Assembly (NCBI GenBank): GCA_051117435.1
Contig: JBNPED010000019.1
Location: forward strand, 133,476-197,475
Direction of reading: 5' to 3'
Length of the DNA: 64,000 nucleotides
Source of the DNA: Oceanicaulis sp.
GTDB taxonomy: Bacteria > Pseudomonadota > Alphaproteobacteria > Caulobacterales > Maricaulaceae
Shown: positions 28,091-37,988 of the stretch, piece after piece
Numbering within the stretch: the stretch's first letter is position 1
Layout of the letters: each line of letters begins with the position of its first letter
Made by a program: the position numbers and the translations under genes
The notes under the pieces: model-generated
What the model was told of the DNA's origin: nothing
Database searches by the model: none
Seen by the model: the letters and a program-made list of their open reading frames with translations, nothing else

Positions 28091-29566
28091 ATGGGGCATG
28101 AAAACAGAGCATCTGCAGCGTTGCGCTACGAGGCCGTCGCCATGACCGGAGGTCAGACCGCGGTGGGAATCTGGCGCGAGGTCCGCGCCACGCTCCGCAA
28201 GGAATTCGGCGACATCGTCTACGCCTCGGAGATCGCGCGCTTGCGGGTGATGGAGGACGAAACCGGGCGGGTCTTCATCATTTGCCCGAACGATTTTTCC
28301 AGATCCTGGGTCGAGGACCATCTCGGCGCGCGCCTGCGCGCCTTGTGGGCGGCGGCTGAAGACGCGCCGCGCGACATTCTGATCGCCACCGAAGCCGGGG
28401 CGATCGCCGCGGCCCGGCGCGCCGCGCCGCGGGCCGACGAGACCGGCCGCGCCTACGCCCGCGCCGTCGAGCCGGGCCGCGCCGCGCTGGAGACCCACGC
28501 CGCGCCGGCCGCGCTCGCCGCGGCGGAGACGCGCGACGTCAAGGAAGCGCGCTTCACCTTCGACACCTTCATGGTGGGCTCGGCCAACATCATGGCCGCC
28601 ACCGCGGCGAAGGCCGTCGCCGGGTCCGGCGCGCCGCCCTTCAATCCGGTGTTCTTCCACGGTGACTACGGCGTCGGCAAAACCCATCTCATGGCCGCCA
28701 TCGCGCACGCTGTTGAGCTGGGGGAGTCCAAGCGCAAGGCGCTCTATCTCACCGCCGAAGAGTTCATCAACGGCTTTCAGTCCGCCCTGCGCGCCCGTGA
28801 CACGCGCCCGTTCAAGGAGGAGATGCGCGACTGCGACGTCCTCCTCATCGACGACGTGCACTTCATCGCCGGCAAGGCCGCGACCGAGCTGGAATTCCTG
28901 CAGACCGTCAACGCCCTCATGGCGGCCGACAAGCAGGTCGTGCTCGCCAGCCATTGCGCGCCGAACGATCTCAATGTCGCCGACCGGCGCCTGAAGGACA
29001 TCCTGTCGGGCGGCTTCCACTGCCCGCTGGCGGGTCCCGATCTCGATCTGCGCCGCAAGATCATCGACTGCAAGATCGCCCAGGCGCGCCGCCACTGCCC
29101 GGATCTCGAAGTGCCCGAGCAGGTGCGCGACTTCCTCGCCGCGCGGGTGACCAGCTCGGCGCGCGAGCTGGAAGGCGTGCTGAACAACATCATCGTGCGC
29201 ACCGCGCTGCTGCACCGTCCGGTGACGCTGGACAGCGTCGAGGAGGCGCTCGGCGAGCTTCCGGTGCGCAGCGAGAAGCGGGTGACCGTGGACGACATCC
29301 AGAAGGCGACGGCGGTCTATTTCGACATCGCCGTGGACGACATCCTGTCGAAACGGCGCACCAAGACCGTCGTGCGGCCGCGTCATATCGCCATGTATCT
29401 GGCCAAGACCATGACCACGCGCTCGCTGCCCGATATCGGTCGACGTTTCGGCGGGCGGGACCACTCCACGGTGATCCATGCGGTCAACAAGGTGACCGGG
29501 GCGCTCAAGGACGACGCCGCGCTCGCCGAGGACGTGGACGCGATCCGGCGCCGGCTGCGCGGTTAG
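28091..29566 (+). CDS. dnaA: Chromosomal replication initiator DnaA (start uncertain: 28091 or 28142)
   Basis: FTFDTF, NPVFFHG.YGVGKTHL, LLIDDVHF, RELEG, SLPDIGRRFGGRDHSTVIHA. Confidence 0.97.
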   Translation: MGHENRASAALRYEAVAMTGGQTAVGIWREVRATLRKEFGDIVYASEIARLRVMEDETGRVFIICPNDFSRSWVEDHLGARLRALWAAAEDAPRDILIATEAGAIAAARRAAPRADETGRAYARAVEPGRAALETHAAPAALAAAETRDVKEARFTFDTFMVGSANIMAATAAKAVAGSGAPPFNPVFFHGDYGVGKTHLMAAIAHAVELGESKRKALYLTAEEFINGFQSALRARDTRPFKEEMRDCDVLLIDDVHFIAGKAATELEFLQTVNALMAADKQVVLASHCAPNDLNVADRRLKDILSGGFHCPLAGPDLDLRRKIIDCKIAQARRHCPDLEVPEQVRDFLAARVTSSARELEGVLNNIIVRTALLHRPVTLDSVEEALGELPVRSEKRVTVDDIQKATAVYFDIAVDDILSKRRTKTVVRPRHIAMYLAKTMTTRSLPDIGRRFGGRDHSTVIHAVNKVTGALKDDAALAEDVDAIRRRLRG

Positions 29567-29593
29567 GCGCGCAATTCCAACCCCCTCTGAGAG

Positions 29594-29632
29594 ATCGGCC
29601 GCAAGAGACCCCTTCTTGCGGCCGATTTTTTT
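29594..29632 (+). terminator. Intrinsic terminator after dnaA
   Basis: ATCGGCCGCAAGA...TCTTGCGGCCGAT followed by T6. Confidence 0.75.
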
Positions 29633-29718
29633 AGTTTAGAGTGTCTTGCTTTTCAGACTCAGGCGATTCCCGTCCGACCGGTTCGCCCCACAGATAAAAG
29701 ACAGGCAAAGGCGAGACC

Positions 29719-30837
29719 ATGAAGCTCACCATCGAGCGCGCGACGCTGCTCAAAGCCCTCGGACACGTTCAGGCCGTCGTGGAGCGGCGCAACACCATTC
29801 CGATCCTGTCCAACGTGCTGATCAACGCCGAAGGCGGGTTCGCGCGCTTCACCGCCACAGACCTGGACATGGAGATCGTCGAGGAGGCCGAGGCCCGGTC
29901 CGAGCGCGACGGCGTCGTCACCGCGCCCGCCCACACCCTCTACGAGATCGCCCGCAAGCTGCCCGAAGGCAGTCAGGTGACGCTGGAGCTCTCCGGCGAC
30001 GATCCGCGGCTTTCGCTGTCGGCCGGGCGCTCGCGCTTCAACCTGCCGGTCCTGCCGCCGGGCGATTTCCCGGTCATGCCGAGCGAAGACCTGGCGGTGA
30101 CCTTCACCGCGCCGGCCAGCGAGATCGCGCGCCTGATCGACAAGACCCGCTTCGCGGTCTCCACCGAGGAGACGCGTTATTACCTGAACGGCATCCACAT
30201 GCACGCCGCCGATCGCGACGGGCGCAAGACGCTGCGGGCCGTGGCCACCGACGGTCACCGCCTGGCGCTCGCCGAGACCGATCTGCCCGACGGCGCCGGC
30301 GCCATGCCGGCCGTCATCGTGCCGCGCAAACCGATCCAGGAGCTGCGCCGCCTGCTCGAGGATCTCGACGGCGATGTCGAAATCTCCGTGAGCGAAGGCA
30401 AGATCCGCTTCCAGCTGGGCGCGGCGGTGCTCACCTCGAAGCTCATCGACGGGACCTTCCCGGACTATGAGCGCGTGATCCCGCGCGGCAACGACAAGAT
30501 CCTGCGCGTCGACCGGGCGCCGTTCGCCCAGGCCGTCGACCGGGTGGCGACGATCAGCCAGGAGAAATCGCGCTCGGTGAAGCTCGCCCTCGCTGACGGG
30601 CAGCTCACCCTCACCGTGAACAATCCCGAAAGCGGGGCGGCGAGCGAGGAGCTGTCGGCGGACTATTCCAGCGACGAAATGGCGATCGGCTTCAACGCCC
30701 GCTATCTGCTGGACGTGGCCGGCCAGATCGAGGGCGATGAGGCGATCTTCGAATTCGCCGATTCCGGCTCGCCCACGCGCGTCACCGATTCCGGCGACAA
30801 GGATGCGGAGTACGTGCTGATGCCGCTGCGGGTGTGA
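29719..30837 (+). CDS. dnaN: DNA polymerase III beta clamp
   Basis: ERRNTIPILSN, ATDLD, ETRYYLNG, ATDGHRLA, FPDYERVIP, VLMPLRV. Confidence 0.98.
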   Translation: MKLTIERATLLKALGHVQAVVERRNTIPILSNVLINAEGGFARFTATDLDMEIVEEAEARSERDGVVTAPAHTLYEIARKLPEGSQVTLELSGDDPRLSLSAGRSRFNLPVLPPGDFPVMPSEDLAVTFTAPASEIARLIDKTRFAVSTEETRYYLNGIHMHAADRDGRKTLRAVATDGHRLALAETDLPDGAGAMPAVIVPRKPIQELRRLLEDLDGDVEISVSEGKIRFQLGAAVLTSKLIDGTFPDYERVIPRGNDKILRVDRAPFAQAVDRVATISQEKSRSVKLALADGQLTLTVNNPESGAASEELSADYSSDEMAIGFNARYLLDVAGQIEGDEAIFEFADSGSPTRVTDSGDKDAEYVLMPLRV

Positions 30838-30875
30838 CGGGCGAACCCGGCTCCCCTCCCGCGCCGGATCTCGCA

Positions 30876-32021
30876 ATGGACACCCCGGCGGTCACCCGGC
30901 TGAAGCTCACCGGCTTTCGCAATTACGCCCGGCTCGATCTGGAGCTGGATGCGCGCCCCGTGGCGCTGTTCGGACCCAACGGGGCGGGCAAGACCAATCT
31001 CGTCGAGGCGGTGAGCTTTCTCGGGCCCGGCCGCGGCGTGCGCGCGGCGGGCGCCGAGGCGGTGCGCATGAAGACGCCCGACGGGCCGGCGCCGATCTGG
31101 GCTGTGTACGCCGAGGCGATGACGCGCGAGGGCGCGGTGAGCCTCGCCACGGGCTCCGACCCGGCCGAGCCCTCGCGGCGCAAGACCCGGCTCGACGGCG
31201 TGGCGGCGACGCAGGGCGAGCTCGCCCGGCTTTTTCCGATGGTCTGGCTCACCCCGCGCGAGGACCGGCTGTGGGCCGGGCCGCGCGCGGACCGGCTGAA
31301 ATTCTTCGACCGCCTGGTGCTCGCCGGCGCGCCCGATCACGCCGCGGAAGCCTCCGCCTATGAGAAGGCCCAGCGCGAGCGCCAGCGCCTTCTCGATCGG
31401 ATCGAGGAGGGCGGCCGCGCCGATCCGGCCTGGCTCGACGCGCTGGAAAGCGAAATGGCCCAGCGCGGCGTGGCGCTCGCCGCCGCGCGCCTGGACGCCC
31501 TCGCACGGCTGCAGGCCGAAATCGACGCGCGCCCCGACAGCGCCTTCCCGAAGGCCGATCTGGCGCTTGACGGGGTTGTGGAGCTGAAGCTCGCCGAAGG
31601 GCTCAAAGCCGGCGAGGCCGAGGACTGGTTCCAGGCCGCGCTCAAAGAGGCCCGTCGCCGCGACGGGGCGGCCGGGCGCGCGCTCGTGGGGCCCCATCGC
31701 ACCGAACTCGCCGCGCGCCACCGCGAGAAGGAGCAGCCCGCCGCCGACTGCTCCACCGGCGAGCAGAAGGCGCTTGTTCTGGGCCTGGCGCTCGCCCAGG
31801 CCGGCGCGGTGAAACGCAGCCATGGCGCGGCGCCGGTCCTGATCTTCGACGAAGCCTGCGCCCATCTGGACGCGGCGCGCCGCGCCGGCCTCGCCGAGGC
31901 GATCCTGGCGCTGGAGGTTCAGGCCTGGCTCACCGGCGTCGAGCCGGTGCTCTTCGAGCCCTTCGGCGCGGGCGCGCAGAAGCTGGCGGTGGTGGACGGG
32001 ACCGCCCGGCGCATGGACTGA
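30876..32021 (+). CDS. recF: DNA replication/repair protein RecF
   Basis: FRNY, GPNGAGKTN, GPHRT, STGEQK, LIFDE..AHLD..RR. Confidence 0.96.
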   Translation: MDTPAVTRLKLTGFRNYARLDLELDARPVALFGPNGAGKTNLVEAVSFLGPGRGVRAAGAEAVRMKTPDGPAPIWAVYAEAMTREGAVSLATGSDPAEPSRRKTRLDGVAATQGELARLFPMVWLTPREDRLWAGPRADRLKFFDRLVLAGAPDHAAEASAYEKAQRERQRLLDRIEEGGRADPAWLDALESEMAQRGVALAAARLDALARLQAEIDARPDSAFPKADLALDGVVELKLAEGLKAGEAEDWFQAALKEARRRDGAAGRALVGPHRTELAARHREKEQPAADCSTGEQKALVLGLALAQAGAVKRSHGAAPVLIFDEACAHLDAARRAGLAEAILALEVQAWLTGVEPVLFEPFGAGAQKLAVVDGTARRMD

Positions 32022-32035
32022 TCGAGGCCTGCGGG

Positions 32036-32461
32036 TCAGCCGCCCAGATGGCTGATGAAAGGCAGGCCGAGCGCGGACGCCATGACCAGCTCGAACCCGA
32101 CGCCCATCCAGTTATAGGACGTCGCCGTCTCCTTCTCCCGGTCCGCGAAGATGGAGACCACGCGGCCGAGCGCCATGCCGAGCCAGTAACACGCGGCGGC
32201 GAAGCTTGCGCCCATCACCGCCCCGGCGCCGGCCTGAAAGCTCATGGCGAGGGTCAGAAGAACCGCGCCGTGAAGCAGGACCAGCGCGCCGCCATAGCTG
32301 GCGCGAAACTCCGCCCAGCCGCCTTTCCAGCGCGGATCGGGCGCCAGACGGACCACGCTCTGGCCCCAGCGCGGATTGAAGAGGCTCAAGAGCCCCATCA
32401 CCGCTCCGCCCGCCGCAGCGATCCCGGCGATGATCCAGGTGATCGGCAGCCCGTCGCCCAT
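32036..32461 (-). CDS. Small membrane protein (DUF4345-like)
   Basis: Four hydrophobic segments, AEFRASYGG motif. Confidence 0.7.
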   Translation of the reverse strand: MGDGLPITWIIAGIAAAGGAVMGLLSLFNPRWGQSVVRLAPDPRWKGGWAEFRASYGGALVLLHGAVLLTLAMSFQAGAGAVMGASFAAACYWLGMALGRVVSIFADREKETATSYNWMGVGFELVMASALGLPFISHLGG

Positions 32462-32560
32462 GGCGCGCTCCGTTGATCGATTGTCGTCAGCCTGCGGTCA
32501 AACCTAGCGCGTATGGCGGCGAAGAAAAGCGCAAGAGCCTGCCGAATTCGCTGAGTTCGT

Positions 32561-33574
32561 TCACGCGTCGTCTGCGAGGCGTCCGACCAGGATGTAAAGG
32601 GCGGTGAGAATGAGCGTCCACAGGGCGAACACCGCAGCAACCGCGCCGTCCGGGCCCTGCGCCGCCGCCAGGCCTGAGAGCGCGATCAAGGTCGTCAGCC
32701 CGCCATAGGCGAGGGCGGTGCGGCCATGGCTCCAGCCCGCCGCGATCAGGCGCTGATAGGCGTGTTCGCGATGGGCGGACAGCGAGAACCGGCCATGGCG
32801 CGCGCGCCTGAGCAGCGTCAGCAGCACGTCGGCGAGGAACACCAGCACGAAAAGCGGGGCGAGCCAGAGCGAGCCGGAAAACCCGAGCCCCGCCATGGCC
32901 AGCGCCCCTCCGGCATAGGCCGCCCCGGCGGCGAGGGATCCGCTATCGCCCGCAAAGACGCGCGCAGGCGGGGTATTGAACACCGCAAATCCGGCGAGCC
33001 CTGCAGCGAGCGCGGCGCCGATCAGTGCGGCGTTGAGCGCCCCGGCGACGAGCCCCGCCATTGTCAGGGCGAGGCTCGCCGGAATCATCACCGCGGCGAG
33101 CATGCCGTCCGAGCCGTCCATGAAATTGACCGCGTTGACGACCACGAAGACGAACAGCGCCGACCCGGCGAGGCCCAGCCAGACCGGCAGGGCGAGCGCC
33201 AGCTCCGCGGTGAGCGCCAGCCGCGTCACCGGCCCGGCGAACCAGGCGAGCGCTACGGACAATGTGACGAACACGGCGAATTTCGCGCGCTCGTCCAGCG
33301 TCACCAGATCGTCAGCGAGGCCGAGCGCGCAGAACAGGGCGATGGTCGCGGCCATGGGCGCCAGCGCGGCGCTTCCCACCGGAAACGCGCTGGCCGCGGC
33401 GAGCCCTGCGCCGAGCCCGGCCGCGATCCCCAGCCCGCCGGCGCGCGGAGTGGGCCGTTTATGGCTGGAGCGGTCGTTCGGCTGGTCGATCACCCCGGCC
33501 TTCCAGGCCAGAAACGTAACCAGGAGGCTGAGGGCGAGGCCGGTCAACGCCGTGGTGAAAAGGACCGGCGTCAC
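32561..33574 (-). CDS. Glycosyltransferase family 4 (MraY/WecA-like) polyprenyl-phosphate transferase
   Basis: IDQPNDRSSH..PTPR.GG, GLADD, NAVNFMDGSDG, FAGDSGS, H.YQRL. Confidence 0.92.
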   Translation of the reverse strand: MTPVLFTTALTGLALSLLVTFLAWKAGVIDQPNDRSSHKRPTPRAGGLGIAAGLGAGLAAASAFPVGSAALAPMAATIALFCALGLADDLVTLDERAKFAVFVTLSVALAWFAGPVTRLALTAELALALPVWLGLAGSALFVFVVVNAVNFMDGSDGMLAAVMIPASLALTMAGLVAGALNAALIGAALAAGLAGFAVFNTPPARVFAGDSGSLAAGAAYAGGALAMAGLGFSGSLWLAPLFVLVFLADVLLTLLRRARHGRFSLSAHREHAYQRLIAAGWSHGRTALAYGGLTTLIALSGLAAAQGPDGAVAAVFALWTLILTALYILVGRLADDA

Positions 33575-34443
33575 GCCGCGCCCCCGAGCGTCACCGCGCG
33601 CACCGTCCAGCCCGGCCGGGCCAGCGCCTCGGCCGCCGCGAGGGCGGCGGGCTTGGAGTCGAAGAGCGCGAAAGCGCTGGCGCCGGAACCGGACATGCGC
33701 GCCAGGCGCGCGCCATCGAGCGCACTGAGCGCGTCGAGCGTTTCGCCCACGGCCGGCTCCAGGGTGCGCGCAGGCGTCTCCAGATCGTTGGCGCTGTCCT
33801 GCAGGACGGTGAGGACCGCCTCAAGCCCGCCGGCGGCCGGCGCGCGCACCGACGCCAGCAGGGGCGGATCGGTCCCGTCATAGGCCTTGAAGACCGGGCC
33901 GGTGGGCGTGGCGACGCCAGGATTGGCGATGACCGCGTGCAGCTCGGGCCAGGCGATGAGCGGCGTGATGGTCTCGCCGATCCCCGTCATCAGCAGCGGG
34001 CGCGCATGGACGCAGGCGGGAACGTCCGCGCCCACGACCGTTCCGATGTCGGCGAGCGCGCGGGTGGAAAAGCCCAGATCCCAGACCCGGTTCAAAAGGC
34101 GCAGCGCGGCGGCCGCGTCGGCCGATCCGCCGCCGAGCCCGGCCGCGACGGGCAGGTGCTTTTCAAGCGTGAGCGCGGCGCCGAGTTCCGGTTTTCCGGC
34201 TGCGGCGCGCAGCGCGTAGGCCGCCTTCAGCACCAGGTTTTCCGGCTCGGCGGCCAACGCCTCGCCGTTCGGCCCGGTCAGGGCGAGGGTGAGGGCGTCG
34301 GCCGGCTCCGCGCCCAGCGCGTCGCCCCAGTCGGCGAACACGACGATGGAGGCGAGCGGGTGATAGCCGTCGGCGCGCGCGCGGCCGACGCGCAAGGTGA
34401 GGTTCACCTTCGCGGGCGCGAACTCGGTCGCCGGCGCGCTCAT
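33571..34443 (-). CDS. ispE: 4-diphosphocytidyl-2-C-methyl-D-erythritol kinase
   Basis: APAKVNL.L, YH.L.S, PVAAGLGGGSADAAA, GADVP, MSGSG; ATG overlaps the TPR gene stop. Confidence 0.96.
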   Translation of the reverse strand: MSAPATEFAPAKVNLTLRVGRARADGYHPLASIVVFADWGDALGAEPADALTLALTGPNGEALAAEPENLVLKAAYALRAAAGKPELGAALTLEKHLPVAAGLGGGSADAAAALRLLNRVWDLGFSTRALADIGTVVGADVPACVHARPLLMTGIGETITPLIAWPELHAVIANPGVATPTGPVFKAYDGTDPPLLASVRAPAAGGLEAVLTVLQDSANDLETPARTLEPAVGETLDALSALDGARLARMSGSGASAFALFDSKPAALAAAEALARPGWTVRAVTLGGAA

Positions 34444-36122
34444 TCCAGATCGTCCGGACCGGCCGCCAGGCCCAGTTCGAGCCGGCGCGCCAGCAGCGCC
34501 TCTTCGCGCGCGTCGGGGTCCAGCTCCAGAGCCCGCCGCCATTGGAAGCGCGCCTCGAGATCGCGGCCGGCGGCGGCGTAGGCGTCGCCCAGATGCCAGT
34601 TGATCGTGGGGTCGGACGGGCTGCGTTCCACGGCGCGCTCCAGCCAGGTCACGGCCGCGTCGAGCCGGCCCTGTTTGAAATGGCCCCATCCAAGAGAGTC
34701 CAGGATCGCCCCGTTCTCCGGCGCCAGCTCGGCGGCGCGCGAGACCAGCTCGAAGCCCTCCTCGACACGCTCGCCCAGCACGATCCAGTTATACCCCAGA
34801 TGGTTCAGAACACGCGGCTCTTCGGGCGCGGCGTCCAGCGCTTCGATGAAATAAGGCTCCGCCGCGCGCCAGCCCTGCACGGACTGGCGGCACACGCCGG
34901 CGTAATAGAGCGGGCGCCAGTCGAGCGGTTCGCCGGCTTCCCGCCGGCGCTCCACCACGGCGTCATAAAGCGTGGCCGCCTCCTCACAGCGCCCGGAGGC
35001 GCGCAGCATGTCGGCGAGCAGAAGCCGCGGCGCCTCGCGCCGGGTCTCCCCGGCGAGGGCGCGGGCCTCCTCCAGCGCCGCGTCGCGCGCGCCGGAGCGG
35101 AACTCCAGCCAGGCCGCGGTGACGGCGGCTTCAGGCGCGAACGGCCCATCCTCGACCGTGCGATAGGTTTGGATCGCCGCCTCGACGAGGGCGAGCTCCT
35201 CCAGCATTTCCGCGAGCGCCATGGCGCCGCGCTGGAAGTCCGGGTCGAGGCGCTGAATGAGCCGCAGATAGAGCGCGGAATAATCCACCGGCGCCTGGCT
35301 CGTCAGAAGCGCGGCCGGCGCGAACAGGGCGCGTGCGGCGGCCTCTTCGGGATCGGGGAAGCGCGGCGCGCGCCCCCCGGTGCGCACCCGGTCCAGCGCT
35401 GCGGCGACTTCCGGGTCTTCCTCGCCCGGCGCCTGCGCCAGGCGGGCTTCGTAAAGCCCCTGCGCGTCCGCGCGGCGCCCGCGGCGCTCCAGAAACTCGC
35501 CCAGCAGCACCGTGGTGAAATCCTCCAGCTCCAGCGCGGCGAGGGCGGCGCGATAGGCGCTTTCGGCGGCGTCGTAATCGCGCGCGGCTTCAGCCAGCAG
35601 GGCGCGGTGCACCACCAGATGGCCGGTGACGGAAAACGGCGAGGTCACCGCCGCGCCCGACCCGTGGGCCTCGCCCGCGCGGCGTTCGTCGACCAGGCGC
35701 CAGTCGTCGAGCATCGCCCCGATCATGTCGCTGAACGGGTCCGGGCTGTCGCCCGGGTCCAGCTCCACGCCGCGCAGACCGGCCAGCGCGGCGGCCTGCA
35801 GATAGAGCCGGGCGAGCCGAGAGGCGCCCTGATCGCCGGCGGCGGCGGGCGCGGCGGCGTCGGCGCGGTCGAACTCGCCGGCCATGAGCGCGGCGAGGAA
35901 GGCGCGTTCCGACAACAGCCCTAAGTCCGGCTCGAAGGCGAGCGCGTCGGCGTAGAGCCGCGCCGAGGCGTCGACATCGCGCGCCGCGCCGGCGTAGCGC
36001 GCGGCGAGGAAGGCGCCGTAGACCGATTGCGGCTCGTCGTCGGGCGGGAGAAAGCCGCCCGGCACGGCGGTGCACGCGCTCATCGTCAGGCTTGCAAGAA
36101 TGATCGCGCCGGCGCGCAGCAT
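34440..36122 (-). CDS. Tetratricopeptide-repeat lipoprotein
   Basis: Lipobox MSAC; C-terminal TPRs LNHLGY, DSLGW..F, WHLGDAY. Confidence 0.88.
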   Translation of the reverse strand: MLRAGAIILASLTMSACTAVPGGFLPPDDEPQSVYGAFLAARYAGAARDVDASARLYADALAFEPDLGLLSERAFLAALMAGEFDRADAAAPAAAGDQGASRLARLYLQAAALAGLRGVELDPGDSPDPFSDMIGAMLDDWRLVDERRAGEAHGSGAAVTSPFSVTGHLVVHRALLAEAARDYDAAESAYRAALAALELEDFTTVLLGEFLERRGRRADAQGLYEARLAQAPGEEDPEVAAALDRVRTGGRAPRFPDPEEAAARALFAPAALLTSQAPVDYSALYLRLIQRLDPDFQRGAMALAEMLEELALVEAAIQTYRTVEDGPFAPEAAVTAAWLEFRSGARDAALEEARALAGETRREAPRLLLADMLRASGRCEEAATLYDAVVERRREAGEPLDWRPLYYAGVCRQSVQGWRAAEPYFIEALDAAPEEPRVLNHLGYNWIVLGERVEEGFELVSRAAELAPENGAILDSLGWGHFKQGRLDAAVTWLERAVERSPSDPTINWHLGDAYAAAGRDLEARFQWRRALELDPDAREEALLARRLELGLAAGPDDLE

Positions 36123-36159
36123 GGCGTTCACGGGATGCGTCGAGCGCACCCCGCGCCCC

Positions 36160-37833
36160 TTACATGTTGGGATAATTCGGACCGCCGCCGCCTTCGGGCG
36201 TGGTCCAGTTGATGTTCTGGTTCGGATCCTTGATGTCGCAGGTTTTGCAGTGCACGCAGTTCTGCGCGTTGATCACGAATTTCCGCTCGCCCGCGCCCTC
36301 ATCCTCGGTCCATTCATAGACCGCCGCCGGGCAATAGCGCGCCGACGGCCCGCCGAAGACCTTCAGCTCGCTTTCCTTCTGAAGGGCCCAGTCGGAGACC
36401 TTCAGATGGACCGGCTGGTCCTCCTCATGGTTTGTGTTGGAGATGAACACCGAGGAGAGCCGGTCGAAGGTAAGCACGTTGTCCGGCTTGGGATAATCTT
36501 TCGGCTTGCACTTGTCGGCCGGCTTGGTCGCCTCGTAGTCGGCGCCGCCATGGCCCATCGTGCCGAAGATGGAGAAGCCGAACAGCTCGTTGGTCCACAT
36601 GTCCAGCCCGCCGAGGCCCACGCCTGCAAGCGTGCCGTACTTGGTCCAGAGCGGCTTGACGTTGCGCACCTTCTTCAGCTCGGCCTTCACCCAGGAGTTC
36701 TCATAGGCGGTGGCGTAAGCGTCGAGCCGATCGTGCTGACGGCCCTCGGCCAGCGCGTCGAAAGCGGCTTCGGCGGCCATCATGCCGGTCTTCATGGCGT
36801 TATGGCTGCCCTTGATGCGCGGCACGTTCACGAAGCCGGCCGAGCAGCCGATCAGCGCGCCGCCGGGGAAGATCAGCTCGGGCACCGACTGATAGCCGCC
36901 TTCGGTGATGGCGCGCGCGCCGTAGGACAGGCGCTCGCCGCCCTCCAGGATCTCCTGAATGTCGGGATGGGTCTTGAACTTCTGGAACTCGCCGAACGGG
37001 AAGAGGTGCGGGTTCTTGTAATTGAGATGCACCACGAACCCGATGGAGACGAGGTTGTCTCCGAACATGTACAGGAAGCTGCCCCCGCCGGTGTCGTTGT
37101 CCAGCGGCCAGCCCATGGTGTGCTGGACGAGGCCCTTCTTGAACTTCTCCGGCTTGATGCGCCAGAGCTCCTTCATCCCCAGGCCGTATTTCTGCGGCTC
37201 GCGGTCCTTGCCCAGATTGAACTCGCGGATCAGCTTTTTCGACAGATTGCCGCGCGCGCCCTCGGCGATGAGGGTGTACTTGCCGCGCAGCTCCATGCCG
37301 GGCTGGTACATGTCCTTGTGAGAACCGTCCTTGGCCACGCCCATGTCGCCGGTGACGACGCCCTTCACCACGCCGTCCTCGACGATGTAGTCGGCGGCCG
37401 GGAAGCCGGGATAGATCTCCACGCCCATGGCCTCGGCCTTCTCGCCGAGCCAGCGGCAGAGATTGGCGAGCGAGCCCACATAGCAGCCCTTGTTGTGCAT
37501 GAAGCCGGGCATGCCCCAGCCGGGCAGGGTCGCCGAGCCGGCTTCGCCGAGCGCGATGAACTTGTCGTCGGTCACCTCGGTGTCGAAGGGCTGGGTCTCG
37601 TCGTCGCGCCAGTCGGGCAGAAGCTCGTCGAGGGCCTTGGGATCGAACACCACGCCGGAGAGGATATGCGCGCCGACTTCCGAACCCTTCTCCAGAACCG
37701 CGATGGACAGGTCCTGGCCGGTCTCCTCGCATTTCTGCTTCAGGCGGATCGCGGCGGCGAGCCCGGCCGGGCCCGCGCCTGCGATGACGACGTCGTACTC
37801 CATGGATTCGCGCTCGATCGCCTCGTCGGCCAT
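36160..37833 (-). CDS. Electron transfer flavoprotein-ubiquinone oxidoreductase
   Basis: GAGPAGL, GAHILSG, IKGSHNAM, CPAAVYE, NCVHCKTCDIKDP. Confidence 0.97.
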   Translation of the reverse strand: MADEAIERESMEYDVVIAGAGPAGLAAAIRLKQKCEETGQDLSIAVLEKGSEVGAHILSGVVFDPKALDELLPDWRDDETQPFDTEVTDDKFIALGEAGSATLPGWGMPGFMHNKGCYVGSLANLCRWLGEKAEAMGVEIYPGFPAADYIVEDGVVKGVVTGDMGVAKDGSHKDMYQPGMELRGKYTLIAEGARGNLSKKLIREFNLGKDREPQKYGLGMKELWRIKPEKFKKGLVQHTMGWPLDNDTGGGSFLYMFGDNLVSIGFVVHLNYKNPHLFPFGEFQKFKTHPDIQEILEGGERLSYGARAITEGGYQSVPELIFPGGALIGCSAGFVNVPRIKGSHNAMKTGMMAAEAAFDALAEGRQHDRLDAYATAYENSWVKAELKKVRNVKPLWTKYGTLAGVGLGGLDMWTNELFGFSIFGTMGHGGADYEATKPADKCKPKDYPKPDNVLTFDRLSSVFISNTNHEEDQPVHLKVSDWALQKESELKVFGGPSARYCPAAVYEWTEDEGAGERKFVINAQNCVHCKTCDIKDPNQNINWTTPEGGGGPNYPNM

Positions 37834-37988
37834 GTCGTCTCCTGTATCTCTGCAGCCCCCGCGCGCTGATGCAGGCTGGCGCGCCCGTTTGGCCTGTCTT
37901 AGCCTAGGCTTTCCCCATGAGCTAGGGCGCCGCGCGGGCGAAGGCCAGCGCCCGGGTTTCGCAATCGCCGCAAGGATCGCCGCCGTCC

